Below, in pieces: positions 36,701-48,200 of a stretch of DNA of 64,000 bases (position 1 is its first letter; the number at the start of each line of letters is the position of its first letter). The notes beneath the pieces were generated by a model that had not been told where the DNA came from, did not search any database, and was given only the letters and a program-made list of their open reading frames with translations. The stretch is from a virus (lineage: Duplodnaviria > Caudoviricetes), in IMG/VR virus record IMGVR_UViG_3300032335_000777, positions 1-64,000 of that record; one strand, written 5' to 3'. Made by a program: the position numbers and the translations under genes.

Positions 36701-39270
36701 TTCAGCTCTTCTTCAGAAAACTTAGTTACGTCCTCTGGATTCTCATACAGATTTCTGTATCTCTCAAGAAGCTCTTTTGCTTTCAATTCAAGAAGCTCAG
36801 CTTGTTCAATAAGAGGACGAACATCACGTTTCACTTGCAATCTTCTGATTGCCTTGAATAAGCTTTGTAGCTGATCTCTCTTAGCTTCTTTTCTATCTGG
36901 TGCAACTTTCTCTTTTGCAAATCTTTCATAAGCTGCATTCAACTTCTTAAGAAGCTCATCAAGCTTTCTGTTGTCTGTTGATTCATCCTTTGTAGGAACA
37001 GGAAGTAAGAAATCTTCTTTCTCATCAATGTCTTGAACATTGACATCACCAATCTTCACACCAGTGAGTCTTGGTAGTTCAATCACCTTACCCTCTTTAC
37101 TCTTCTTACCTCTAGAGTATTCAGCAAGAATGGGAATCATTCTTGTTTGTTTGAAGTCTTTTGCCTGCACACCATAGTTTGCAATCAAGATTTTCTTGTA
37201 TTCATCCATCTGGATGTTCCAAGATTCAATCTTATACCAAGGTACATCAGTGTATTTCTCTTGGTTAAGATTCATAAACTTCCAGTCAAGAATGTCAATC
37301 TTCCCTTCTTTGGTAATTGCCATAAAGTCAACTGTACCAGCTAGATTCTTACCATTGTATATAGCAACTTCTTTAAGGAATCTGGTTCCTTCTGGATATG
37401 ATTCAAGTCTTCTCTCAAGGTTGTCTCTTAATGTTTCATAAAAACTTTGACTACCTATTTGAGAAACATAATTATCGTTTTCTTTATTTTCTGCACGTGC
37501 AGCAGCATCTCTCAAGTATCCGTTCTCATCTACAAATAGAGAGAATGCATATTCAAGATCAGCGTGACCTTTTGTTCCCTTTTCTTTCTTAAGTTCCTTT
37601 ACAGCTGTATCGTATTCATCATCAAGAAGTTCTTGATTCTTTTGACGATTATCGTAGTATGTTTTTACAATTTCTGAAACCCTTCCTACTTCTTTACCAT
37701 CAACTATATATTTCTCTTTCCCTTCTTTTGGTTTCTCAATTCTGTTTGATAGTTCTATAACAGAGTCATACACGTTGTCTTGTTTACTCTTCTGTAGGAA
37801 TGTAGCATCTTGTTCTTCTCCAATCTGATCAGCTGTTCCAATGTCTTTACCAGAGATAATGTCAATAGTAACTTGATCAAATCCAGACTTGATGTAAAGT
37901 AGATCTTTAATCCAATCAAGAATACTTCTCCACCATGACTGAGCAGTTGCTAAATTTTCTCTAGTCTCTGCAATTCCTTCAGACTTGTTAATGATTTTCT
38001 CAACTAGCACTTTTGCAATAGCTTCTTCCTTGAGTTTGATAACATCAGGCTTACCATCCTTCTGATAGAGAGGATCGTTGCCATAAGTCTTAAACACTTG
38101 TGTAAGCATATCATATCCATTAATCTCCTTCATAAGCTTTTGGTAAAGTTTAGGATTGGTTTGTTTGATGATGGACACAGCAAAGTGCATGGCTTCTTCT
38201 GGAAGAGCCTGTGCTTCTTTTCCTTCTACAACAGAGATGAGTTGTTGCATAACTTGTGCAACACCATTAGCATCATACTTGACACCATTGACAACTATCT
38301 CCTTAACAATATTGACATTAACACCCACCTTCTCTAGGAAGTCTCTGATGATTTTTAATGTCTTAGGTGATGCGTTTGATGGTAGAGTTTCTGATTCTGA
38401 TTTTTGTAGAGATGTTCCTTGCTCACTAACAAATTGTCTAAAGCCTTGAACATCATTTTCATTTCCTAGAATGTGGATTTGTTCAGGTTCAAATACTACA
38501 TACAAATCTCTTCTAGTTATACTTTTAATACCCCCAAATTCAGGAGAAAAACTTTTTGAAGATATAATTCCACTATCATATTTATCTTCAATATTTGCTG
38601 ATTGGTAATCACTGAAAGATAAATTAGGTTTAGGATTTATTACATTAAGTAATGCATAATATAAATTACCCCCGTAATTCTTTTTTAAACTATTTTTAGA
38701 TGTTTCTGTCTCATCTTGACTAAAAAAGAAGCCTTCTCTTTTATAAAAATCATCTTTATAATTTTCAGTTTTTTTAAAATACTTTTTATTTTTTTGTGGG
38801 CTACCATGATAAACAACATCCTTCACTTTACTATTAGGAAAGATAGAGTCTAGATATTGAGAATATTGTTCTGGTGTACCAACACTAGCAAGCTCTGGAT
38901 TAGAATTGAATAGTTCCTGCACTCCTGGTTTAACAGCTGTAGGAGTTTTCTGAAGAAACAAATCTCTTTGCTCTTGTTCCATAAGAGCTTCATCACCTTT
39001 GAAGAAATCTAAATCACGCTCAAATGCTTTTTCAGCATCTTGTTGTCTTTTGAATTCCTTGTTGACAGCATCTTCGAGAGGATTGACAATAACTCTAGCC
39101 CCACCAAGACCAGAATACTGTTGTATTCTCGTTATGGCAGATGACCAGAGTTTATTCAGATAGTCAACAATTCCTTTAGCAGCATCTTGTGACATAACTG
39201 CCTGTGGATCAGGCAGCTTTCTATCAATGCTCTTCTGAATTGTTTCTCGAATTTGTATGGGACAAGGCAT
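33763..39270 (-). CDS. Large polyvalent ejected protein: ART-like domain, degenerate zincin, PD-(D/E)xK nuclease
   Basis: VYHGS...GFFFS...YVVFEPEQI; EEAMH; GTVD...ILDWK...Q...Y. Confidence 0.7.
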   Translation of the reverse strand: MPCPIQIRETIQKSIDRKLPDPQAVMSQDAAKGIVDYLNKLWSSAITRIQQYSGLGGARVIVNPLEDAVNKEFKRQQDAEKAFERDLDFFKGDEALMEQEQRDLFLQKTPTAVKPGVQELFNSNPELASVGTPEQYSQYLDSIFPNSKVKDVVYHGSPQKNKKYFKKTENYKDDFYKREGFFFSQDETETSKNSLKKNYGGNLYYALLNVINPKPNLSFSDYQSANIEDKYDSGIISSKSFSPEFGGIKSITRRDLYVVFEPEQIHILGNENDVQGFRQFVSEQGTSLQKSESETLPSNASPKTLKIIRDFLEKVGVNVNIVKEIVVNGVKYDANGVAQVMQQLISVVEGKEAQALPEEAMHFAVSIIKQTNPKLYQKLMKEINGYDMLTQVFKTYGNDPLYQKDGKPDVIKLKEEAIAKVLVEKIINKSEGIAETRENLATAQSWWRSILDWIKDLLYIKSGFDQVTIDIISGKDIGTADQIGEEQDATFLQKSKQDNVYDSVIELSNRIEKPKEGKEKYIVDGKEVGRVSEIVKTYYDNRQKNQELLDDEYDTAVKELKKEKGTKGHADLEYAFSLFVDENGYLRDAAARAENKENDNYVSQIGSQSFYETLRDNLERRLESYPEGTRFLKEVAIYNGKNLAGTVDFMAITKEGKIDILDWKFMNLNQEKYTDVPWYKIESWNIQMDEYKKILIANYGVQAKDFKQTRMIPILAEYSRGKKSKEGKVIELPRLTGVKIGDVNVQDIDEKEDFLLPVPTKDESTDNRKLDELLKKLNAAYERFAKEKVAPDRKEAKRDQLQSLFKAIRRLQVKRDVRPLIEQAELLELKAKELLERYRNLYENPEDVTKFSEEELNNFSDEVESVQNAFNSYINIHNLLKDVVDDADLRNSLRDISDVASDYISELTEVNKNFVNDVLAKRENFNDVLSPEKIVKGLAKFFSSTSTLQVKTIQLLFKKANMAFGKATIATQVENAKLDKLRDDYLAWAKSKGISQKEFFSMIKKKDSNELINQFKKEFYTEAKKAARDGDVKWMKDNIDVSQLSEALEKKKNEEIEKVKNKPNRKGTPEQILKDITREISDVERLYSINTDSSKGWFLYDIVKKFPLEKWQTEEWKNLNKPENAPAKAFYDYIVEKNKEYADLGYISKQKERIFLPYVEGSLVEAAIKGQSLNVGERFWRSISIDAGDVGYGQIDPETGKPINTIPRYFTTPFDAVLSEDLFRTMSMYNEAALKYKYVSEIEGQIRAIARVEKNKKTIMTNNLGKVARDPVTGDVIYNPESTEGNYELLDSMIKAIIYGQRYIDNQNFDAALFKIGKWGETINKKLGINVFPENLEGRQVTLNKIVDNLNNSFSIATLGFNLGSSISNGLGGTFQSVINSGKYFTKNDFIAAETQVIINKFSGEDKAKFFKAFEYFQPLTDNYNRDLAKRLSTNIAVEGKTANKISSNFATEEGFQDFLMWMMRSADRTVQGANFLAFLNNSVVIDGKVVNAREYLRSLPEYKGRWSGSSQDRKAFDEKFEEAVKKLVEEKGVMKLATIENNEFVIPGVERMSNSVLEVRRKVQQLSKDAMGNLSEDDVRLINMNILGKSFMVFKNWIPRLVDVRFGGLKYNAASDAYEWGRTRMMMSVLRDNLFTNFDGLLGLITGNDRGAELMRQSFEKRAEKYELETGRKLEMTEEMFMDLFQSNVNAFARDTMFVLALAALTFGMAAAAPDDEEDPIVKNQYNYARRLADKLSDEVSYFYNPTSVLNLVGNGPFPAMSILNNGFKGVKNSFVELYGLGIGDEELVEDTKVIKYLAKTFPFANQMIGYLPMFYPDMAKDLGIRVQSNYGIR

Positions 39271-39272
39271 TT

Positions 39273-42200
39273 TTAACAGGTTTTTCTATACAATACAGCT
39301 TTATCAAGAATCTGTTCTTTGATTTTAGCATCTCCAACTGTTTCTTTTCCAAGATTAGTTTTTCCACTACCTAAGATTCTACCATCTAAAAGTACGAAAT
39401 ATTCGTTATTGTTATAAGTAGAAACTCTCAAAGTCCCATCTTGCAGCTCTTTTCTAATACTCACTTTGTTTTTAGTAGTTTGATCTGTCACCTCTTTACC
39501 ATTATCATAGAACATTTTTCCATCAGGTTGAATAGTGATGCTGAACTGATTCACTTTAATGATTCTTGACTTTTGTTCAACAGGAGCTGGTGTAGCAGCA
39601 ACTTCTTGACCATCTGGATAATAGAAATTTAAAGGATTGTCTGCATTGATTCCAAGATACTCAGAAGCTCTAGATATACCTACATAGAGGAGTGAGTGTT
39701 TCTCTGTGCTCACTTCTTTACCATTCATCATCAATTTTGATGAAGAACCTCTTGGTAAACTGGAAGCATCAAAAAACACATTCTTTACTGTAGACCCTTG
39801 AGATTTGTGAATTGTCACAGCATGTCCAAAGTCAATACCTTTTTCAATGAGCAAATCTTTATCAATATTTTTATGTTGTTCGTTAACATATTTTTCCATC
39901 ACTCCTGATGCAGGATTATAAATGTATGTATCTCCTAAATCAACTATTCGTAATTGCATAGAGATTCCATCTTTTACATCATAATACCTAGCCCAGTCTT
40001 TACCAGATTTAGTTCTAAGTGCAATTTGTTTTGCTTCATGCAACCTGCTCATCATTTTTGAAAGCATTTCATTATTCTTTTGGAAATCTTCTTCTGTAAG
40101 ATTTTCAAAATCAAATGAATCATTTCTAGAAAGTTGTGCATAATTCGTACTTGCAATTTCTTCAACATCGCTAAGTCCTGCATCTTGTAAAGATTTTAAC
40201 TTTTTAGAAGAAGCAACAATTGAATACAACGATCCATCTTTTCGAACATCTCGAATTGTATATCGAATACTGTTTGCTATGTTTTGTTTTTCAATTTGTT
40301 TACTTGAGTAGCCTAGATAGCCAACAACAATATCTCCTTTTTGAAGATCTCCATATCTACCCAAAGACTCTCTGATTTTAAGGTTGTAATCTTGAACTCC
40401 TTTATTAGTGTAGGATATTAGAACAGTCTCTTCAGGATTCTTTTCGAAAACTTCAGCAAGCTTTGAATTGAATTTTGATATAGGTAAGTATTCAAGTTGA
40501 TCAGTAGATGGTACTATTGGTATTTGATCATTAACATTATTTCTAACATTAGTTAACATATTCAATATTGCATCACTACTAGTTCTCTTAACCTCTGTCA
40601 ATACAACTTGGCCAGTATCTGTAAAAGCTTTTGATACAAGTTTCTTCTCTGGGTTTCTTACATCCACCTCTGGGATCTGCATTACATCACCCATGAATAT
40701 AACTTTGATATTATTTTTAGGAGCCACTTGTACTAAAGCTTCATAATCTTTAGAATTTAGCATTGACACCTCATCCAATACAATTATGTTGTTACTTAAC
40801 CCAAGTCTTCTAGCCAACTTTGCATTAATTACTGGCGTTGATTCTCCTGTTGTAGGATCATATTTAGTTGATATAGCAGAAGCTACAGTCATTGGAAGTT
40901 GTTTATTTCCAGTTTTAACTGTAGCAAAAGCTAGCTCAGCAGTTGCTGCATGGGTTGGTGCAAGGAAATTAAATTTATAATTCCTTAAATACTTTTGTAA
41001 GTATCCAATTATAGATGTCTTACCTGTACCTGCTGCACCTTGCAAAGTGATAAATTCAGAACCTGGATCTGTAGAAAAATCAATAAGTCTTTCTAATGCC
41101 TGTCTTTGACCTTCTGTAAGTTGGAAGTCAGTATCTATAGTGGTTCCCTTGTAGGTGAATTTAGGAGTTGTAGGAACATTTTTAATAGATTCATTGAACT
41201 CTGAAAGAACTCTATTCCAAACCTTATCATTAGGATCTTGAATACCAGGAGTGTTTGACTTTCCTTCATCAAAAGCTTTTGATCTATCTGCACCAATTAA
41301 ATAAGCAGTGTGATAATCTTTTGCATTTACAATAGAATCATATTTTTCAGGAGCATATTCTTTTGCTTTTTCTGCAAAATAATACCAAAGTAAATTTTTA
41401 AATCCTTTATAAGGTTTTGACAATTGCTCTTTTGTAATTCCTTTATTTTCAACAACATCAACTTCTTCTTCCACTACAGGTTCAATACCAGTAGATACTA
41501 ACTTTTCAAAGTTTTCATTAAATACAATGTTAGATGGAATAGGACCAGCATTAGCAAACATTGCTGCCATTTCTTGTCCTGAATAACCATTCAAATTAGT
41601 TTCAGAATAATCAGAAACTAAGAACTCTTTATCAGGATTATTTTTAGCATAGTCATACAATGTTTTGATTTCTGTAGTTATTTCTTCAGGAGTGCTAGAT
41701 CTTTCTACATCGTAAAACTTCTTAGTTACAATAGCATAAGACTGACCTTGAAGACCTCTAGACTGACCTTGTATAGCACCAAATTTATCTTTAGCTAATT
41801 TTGCAGCACCTGCACCATGTGTAGGAGCTTGTCCTTGAGAACCACCTTCATTTGATCCAAATACAAATATTTGATTAGGTTTCAAACTTGTAATCTTTCC
41901 AGAGTATGTTTCAGTACCAGTGGATGGTTCAATAATAGTTGGTTGCTCAATAACTGTTGGAGCAACAACTTTCTCTCCAGCAAACATTGCAATGATAGCG
42001 TTGTCTGTCAACTCTTTCTCCACTTTGAAAGTGTTGTTGTCAAACACAGAAGGTGTCATTAACTTTTTATACTCAGTTACAATTCTTGAGCTTCCATATA
42101 AGTTAACCATCTTGAACACACTAAACTCGTCAAGTGACTTACCTGATTTTCTTTGAATGGTTAATGGAACACCATCTTCACTTTTCACTTTCTTGTAGCC

Positions 42201-45200
42201 AACCATTTCATTTTTGGAAAGAATTCCATCATTTGAAAGTTTGGTGAAGTCTTTCACTAACATAGTTTTTCCACTTGTGATGTCAACCACAATTGTTTTT
42301 GGTCCACTAGCAGTCATAGAACTTACGTATTGATATCTTCTCATCTTCACAAAATCTTTATTAGCTTGATTCATGAATGAGTATTTGTTATTGAGAGATA
42401 TCAACTTTCCACTTCCTGGAGTTATTCCATTTGTGATGGATGAAAGGAATGTGTCTGTCTTACCATAATCAATTTGTAATCCAAGCCCTGAATCTACAGT
42501 TCTGTATCTAGGACTAATCTCAGGGACAATGGTACTGTCAGAGAAATTGTTTCTGTAGAATAATCCTTCCTTGTTGAATGCCTCAAGTTCTGAAGATGGT
42601 TGTAAGACATTTATTACAGGAGCAATGATTGCAGCTCTGTCTTCAACAGGAACAATTGGTGCAATTGATAAATTGGTATCCATTGTTCCTTGTAGAATAG
42701 AAAGTTTTACCAAGTCATTGTAGAACTCTGGCTCTAGTTCTTTCAATTCTCTCATCATTCCTATATGCATATCTACATCAACAGCATCTGTAGGTTTCAC
42801 CTTTAAGGAAACTGTTACAGGACCATTCTCTTGTAGTGAACTTACAGGAACTAGATTGGATAAAAGGTTTGATGTAGGATATTTCTTCTTAAGCTTAAGT
42901 AGTCTAGAAGCTACACTATTTTCTCCTGTGAATAAGTTTTTACTATCATCAGGGAATATGGATGTAGATCTTGTTTGAATTAAGAAATCTAAGAATGAAG
43001 ACTTAAGCTTCTTAGCCACATAATTGAAATCATCTTCTGACATGTATTCATTATCATAGAATGGCTCCATGACATCATCAATGTATTGATCAATGCCTTG
43101 TGAATCAAGTTTCATTATAGCACCAAGAGATTTCAATTCTTCTCGAAGTAGTCTAACTTGTTCACCAATGAATGTGTCATTCATAACTTTTTCAATAGAA
43201 GAGACAATGTTAGTTTCTATGGCAGATGTTGTTCTTGTCATCTTTCTTTTGAAACCTTCATAGTTTGTCACTCTAGTGGTGTCATAGTTATATGCTTGAG
43301 TGAATTTGAAATTCAATTGAGCAAGCTTAGCAAGCTTTAGGAACTCATTGAATATAGCAACCTGCTTAGCATTAAACTCAGCAGAAGCCTTAGTGCCTTC
43401 TGGTCTGTTTGCATTCTCTCTAATTAAGTTTAACAGATTCTGCTTTGATTTCTCAAAATCGATCTTTCCATCAACGTCTTTTTCAAACTCATTAGACAAG
43501 TCATAAGATTCATCTTCACTACTTGGGAATTTAGAATAAGTGTATTCAAGATTATCCTTACCAAATAACGATCTACTCTTAATCTTATCAATATTTTTTA
43601 AGTGCTCTATAATGATTGGTTGGTTCAAGAAGTATGCTGTAAGTTCACCAGCACCAATTCTTTCCATCAACATTGCAGTTCCAACAACTAAGTCACTTTG
43701 AATAAGCTTCAAGATGTATGGATCTTTAGCAACGTCCACAAATGATGTAGCATATCCAGATAGTCTATCAGAGATGAATTCATCTTTTCCATCAGCAGTT
43801 TTTAGACCACCTAGAGAGATCATCTCTTTACCATCAACAGTTGTAGTGTTGTGAGGAATTGCTAAGCTGAGATCGCCTAAGAATCCTCTGTCATAATCAG
43901 AAAGTTTGTCTAGTAATCTAGAATCAAAATACAATCCAACCTTCTGACCAATTGCGTGACCAGTGATGTTTACAGCTGCAATACCCACCCACTTCTTACC
44001 CATCAAGAATGCTTGTCTCAAAGAAGTCATGAAGCTTCTAGAAACTAGTTTATTCTTAACGTCAGCTTCTTTGTTGTTTGTGGCATCATCAAGAATGTCA
44101 GCCACCTTTGATAATCCTGCATCACTTACTGGTGACATCAATCTTTCAAAGTTTCCAGGAAGTGTAACTAGGTCTTGTAAGATTTCATAATATCTGTTCT
44201 CTAAAGACTTCTTGTACATTTTCTGTACATACGCATTCTTTAGATTGCTATCAAACTTTTCTTTAGATAGATCTTCAAACTTGGTGGCAAGTCTACCCAT
44301 TTGATCACCAACATAATCAGCAGGAGTCATTCCTTTAGAAAGAGCTTGCTCTTCCATCTCATTAATTATTTCTCTGTGATTGATGTAGAAATTATAAAGA
44401 TCTTCACCAAGTAGAGTCTCAAGTGATTCAGCAGTTACGTTAGATGGATCTTCGATGGTTTCAGCAGCTTCAAATATCTCAAGCACCTTATCTCTAAATT
44501 CATCATATCTAGAAATACTATCTAGTTGCTTTTGAATACGATCTTCGTACACCTTAGTATAGAATTCCATTGTAGCTTCTTTGCTACCTTTGTATTCAAC
44601 AGCTTTGATATTTCCATTCACGTCAACATACACTGATTTAAGGTACATGTTGAGTTTATCAATATCAAAGTCAGATCCTGCTTTGGCTACAATCTCAGAA
44701 GGTACAACAACTGTAGATCCCATAGATGAATCAAGGAATCCTGCAATCTTGAACACCTCTGTAGAAGATGTTGCCTGGTGAGGAATACGAGCTCCTACAC
44801 CAAACAAAATCTTTTGATTCTCTGGCTTATTCAAATATTCAAAAATAGCCTTATCATCAGGGAACTTAGTCTTATCAGTGAAATACTTTTTCCAGAAGTT
44901 TGGAATCATTACTTCCATGTATCTCTTTCCATCCTCATTCTCATAGAACTTAAGAGCATCACTAGAAAGTACAACACTACTCTTATCTTGTTCAGATAGA
45001 GCATCATATTGCTTTCTAGTAATTTCTACATATCCATCTTTTGTTTTTCTTAATATCTTTCTTCCCTCTTTTGCATTCTCCCAAAGTGTAGCTGGAACCT
45101 GAACGTGAGGTTTACCATTCATCTGTGGAGAGATGAGAGACTTATTAATCATTGATATAAGAACACTTCTAATCTGTTCGTATGCAGAAGATGCTTCAAA

Positions 45201-48200
45201 TGGCATATTGAACTCACCATTCTCATTAAGACGTATTGTGTCAATTACATTTTGTGACACTTGTCTTCTCAACAACTCATACTCAAGTTCTCTAGATATT
45301 TTTACGTTGTCTACAACTACGTAATTACCATTCAGATCTTCTAGACCAAGTTTGTTCAAAAACTCTTCGTAAGCATTCTGATGCATCTCCTTGAAGATTT
45401 TAATCTTCTCTTCAGCAAGAGCTGTTGCACCTTCCATACCTTCAACTTCCTTACCATTCTCGAACATATCCATTGTGTCGTTCTTGGTAAGTTGAGATAC
45501 TCTAGTTTGAAGTTTACCTTCTTCGTAAGAGTTTTCCACTTGGATACCATAAGTTTTCCAAGCTACGTTCTCAATAGTTTCTTCTCCAAACTTTGCATTG
45601 TTGTAATCACCGTTTCCATTGTACAAGTTATGCCCTTGACGAGCACCTTCTTTTCTTGAAGACTTGTAAGAAACATATCCCACCTTCTCATTCAACATCT
45701 GTACATACAAGTTCTCAAGGTTTGTACCCTCTACCATCTTGTATGTAATAGGCATTTGAGAGAACTTGTCAAGGATGCCTTCTATTCTATTTAGTCCAGC
45801 TTTAGAACCAGATACAATAGGCTTCAGCACCTCTGTAACAAATGGAGGTTGTGGTTTAGTAATTAGTTTTTGATCATGCTTTTTAAGTGCCTCACTCTTG
45901 TATTCATACAATCCTTTAGCAGACATCTTCTGTCTAGCATAAGCTTGATTCCATTGGAACCAAGGTTCAGCAAGATCATTTGACCATTCACCATTCTTAA
46001 GCTTCACTTCTCTATAAGCACCATCAATGATCACTGAGAAACCATCAGCTTCATCATATCCTCCAAACTTCTTAATAAACTTAGAGAATGGGTTTACATC
46101 ATTTAGTGTAGCAGTTTTAACGTATGACTTAAATGTATAACGAAACTTATCATCTGCTTCTAGAGATAGGTCTTCTGTTACATCATTGAATCTATTATTT
46201 AGAAACTTATTGAATTCTGGATGATCAATAGTTACTCTTCTAGGAGATAGCCAAGACTTGATACGCTTGGTTTCATCTAGTTTACCATTTTTAATTTTGA
46301 ATTGATAAGGATCGCCAAATATAAATTTGTGCATTTCAATGTTTGCAATCATGTAGTTCATGTTTACAAACGAAAGCACCTGCATCATCTCGTCTTCAGA
46401 TAATGAATTTCTATTCAATTCATTAGTTTGAGCAAACTTGCTATCTAAAGTTTCATATCTATAACCCTCTGAATTTTTTGTCACTTCACCAGAATTAATC
46501 AAATCTTTCAGTGTTGATTGATTTAGACTAGTGATTGTATTTCTAATAGAATTTTCTAGAGCTTCATCACTAACAAGAGCTAGAATGTCCTTTCTAGATT
46601 TACCTTCTTTAATAGCTTTATGTATCTCTTCAACAAGTGGTGCATCAAGAATATCTTTGAAGAATCTAAGTTCTTTAGCGTTATCTTTTGCAGAAGCAAG
46701 TTTTGATCTTGTTTCCCAATCAAGGGCCAAATCAACCTCATCTTCTAAGTATCCCTTGAAGATGCTCTTGATTTTTGTAAATGCTCTTTCAGCATCGTTG
46801 TTGAATAGTTCATACTCAACCATTGATCCTAGATTCAGCATTCTTTCTGTAGAAGAGTCTGCTGGTACTAAGATGTAATAGTTACCATTTATGTTTTGAT
46901 TGATTTCAACAGTGAATCTGTCACCCTTTGTCAAAGATGATATGGATAGTCCTCTATCAGTAGTCTCATCTTTCAATCCATCAATTACACCAATCTGTAA
47001 AACTTTACCTTCAATCTTATTACCATTATCATCATAGAACATTCCACCCTTCTTAATCAACAAGCTGTTCTTTGAGAATGCATCTTTTAGCTCTGGTCTT
47101 GCTTCAAATAGTTCATCAAGAGTCATTGCCTCATTGAACTCTGCTTCGAATACAGAAGGAGCGTTACTATCTGTGAAGTTACTTATACGCTTATTCTCTA
47201 TGTTAAATCTAGTTGTATCCTGGTCAGGATTAACTAGTCTAACATACATATCTGCAAGAGTTCTCACATGAGAGTCCACTCCTGAGAACTTGTCTCCAGA
47301 TAATGAAGCATATCCATTTGGACCCATTTCATATATCTTGGTTACAGCATTATCAAACCTCTTATTAAGTTTCTCATCATTATTTATCTTTTCAATAAAG
47401 CTTAATGGGAACTCAATGCCTATATTCTTCAGATAGTTTTGTACAGCCTGTGGCTTAAGAAGACCTTCTTTAGTTGGATATTCTTTTTGGTCTTTATTAA
47501 TTGCGTAAAGTGTTATTCCTTTGTCACCTTTCTTTTTGAAAATAAATGATGTTTCTGATTTAGAAAGTTGTTTTATATTTTGGAACCACTCGTTTCTAGT
47601 TTTATTCAAAGCAGATGTTCTATCACCAGGAGCAGTGAATGATTCAACACCACCATCTCCCTCTCTTTGAATTGCTATTTCAACAAATGGATTACTCTTA
47701 GACATTGATTGAATAAACTGAATATAGAATCTCCAGTCAGCTTCTTCAAACTTGCTATAATCAAGAATTCCATTCTTAGCATCGCCACCAAGTCTATTGA
47801 AGATTCTGTAATAGTTACCATCTTCTTTTACCAGATCAATAATTTTTTGATCAACTTTTGCCAAGCTTGTATTAGAAAGCTTGTTCAATAGGGTTGCGAA
47901 CGTCTTATTAAAATTGTTTAGAAGACTCAATCCCTTCACTGACTTAGATCTTAGCAGCTTAGGAGCAGTACCTTCTGGATAAACAGTTTCAGCTGCTGGG
48001 TTAGAAGCCAATACAAACTTCACAGAGAACCTCATGTTCTTTTTGAAGTCTATTTCAAAGGCTTCAGCAGCATAGAGTCTATCAGTTTGGCTAGCATCAT
48101 TTGTACTAACCACACCTTCAGTGTCAATATTTATACCCATTGTTCTAATTAGATCTTTTGATCTCAAGAACAAATCTTTGAAAGCCTCTTCTCCAAGAAG

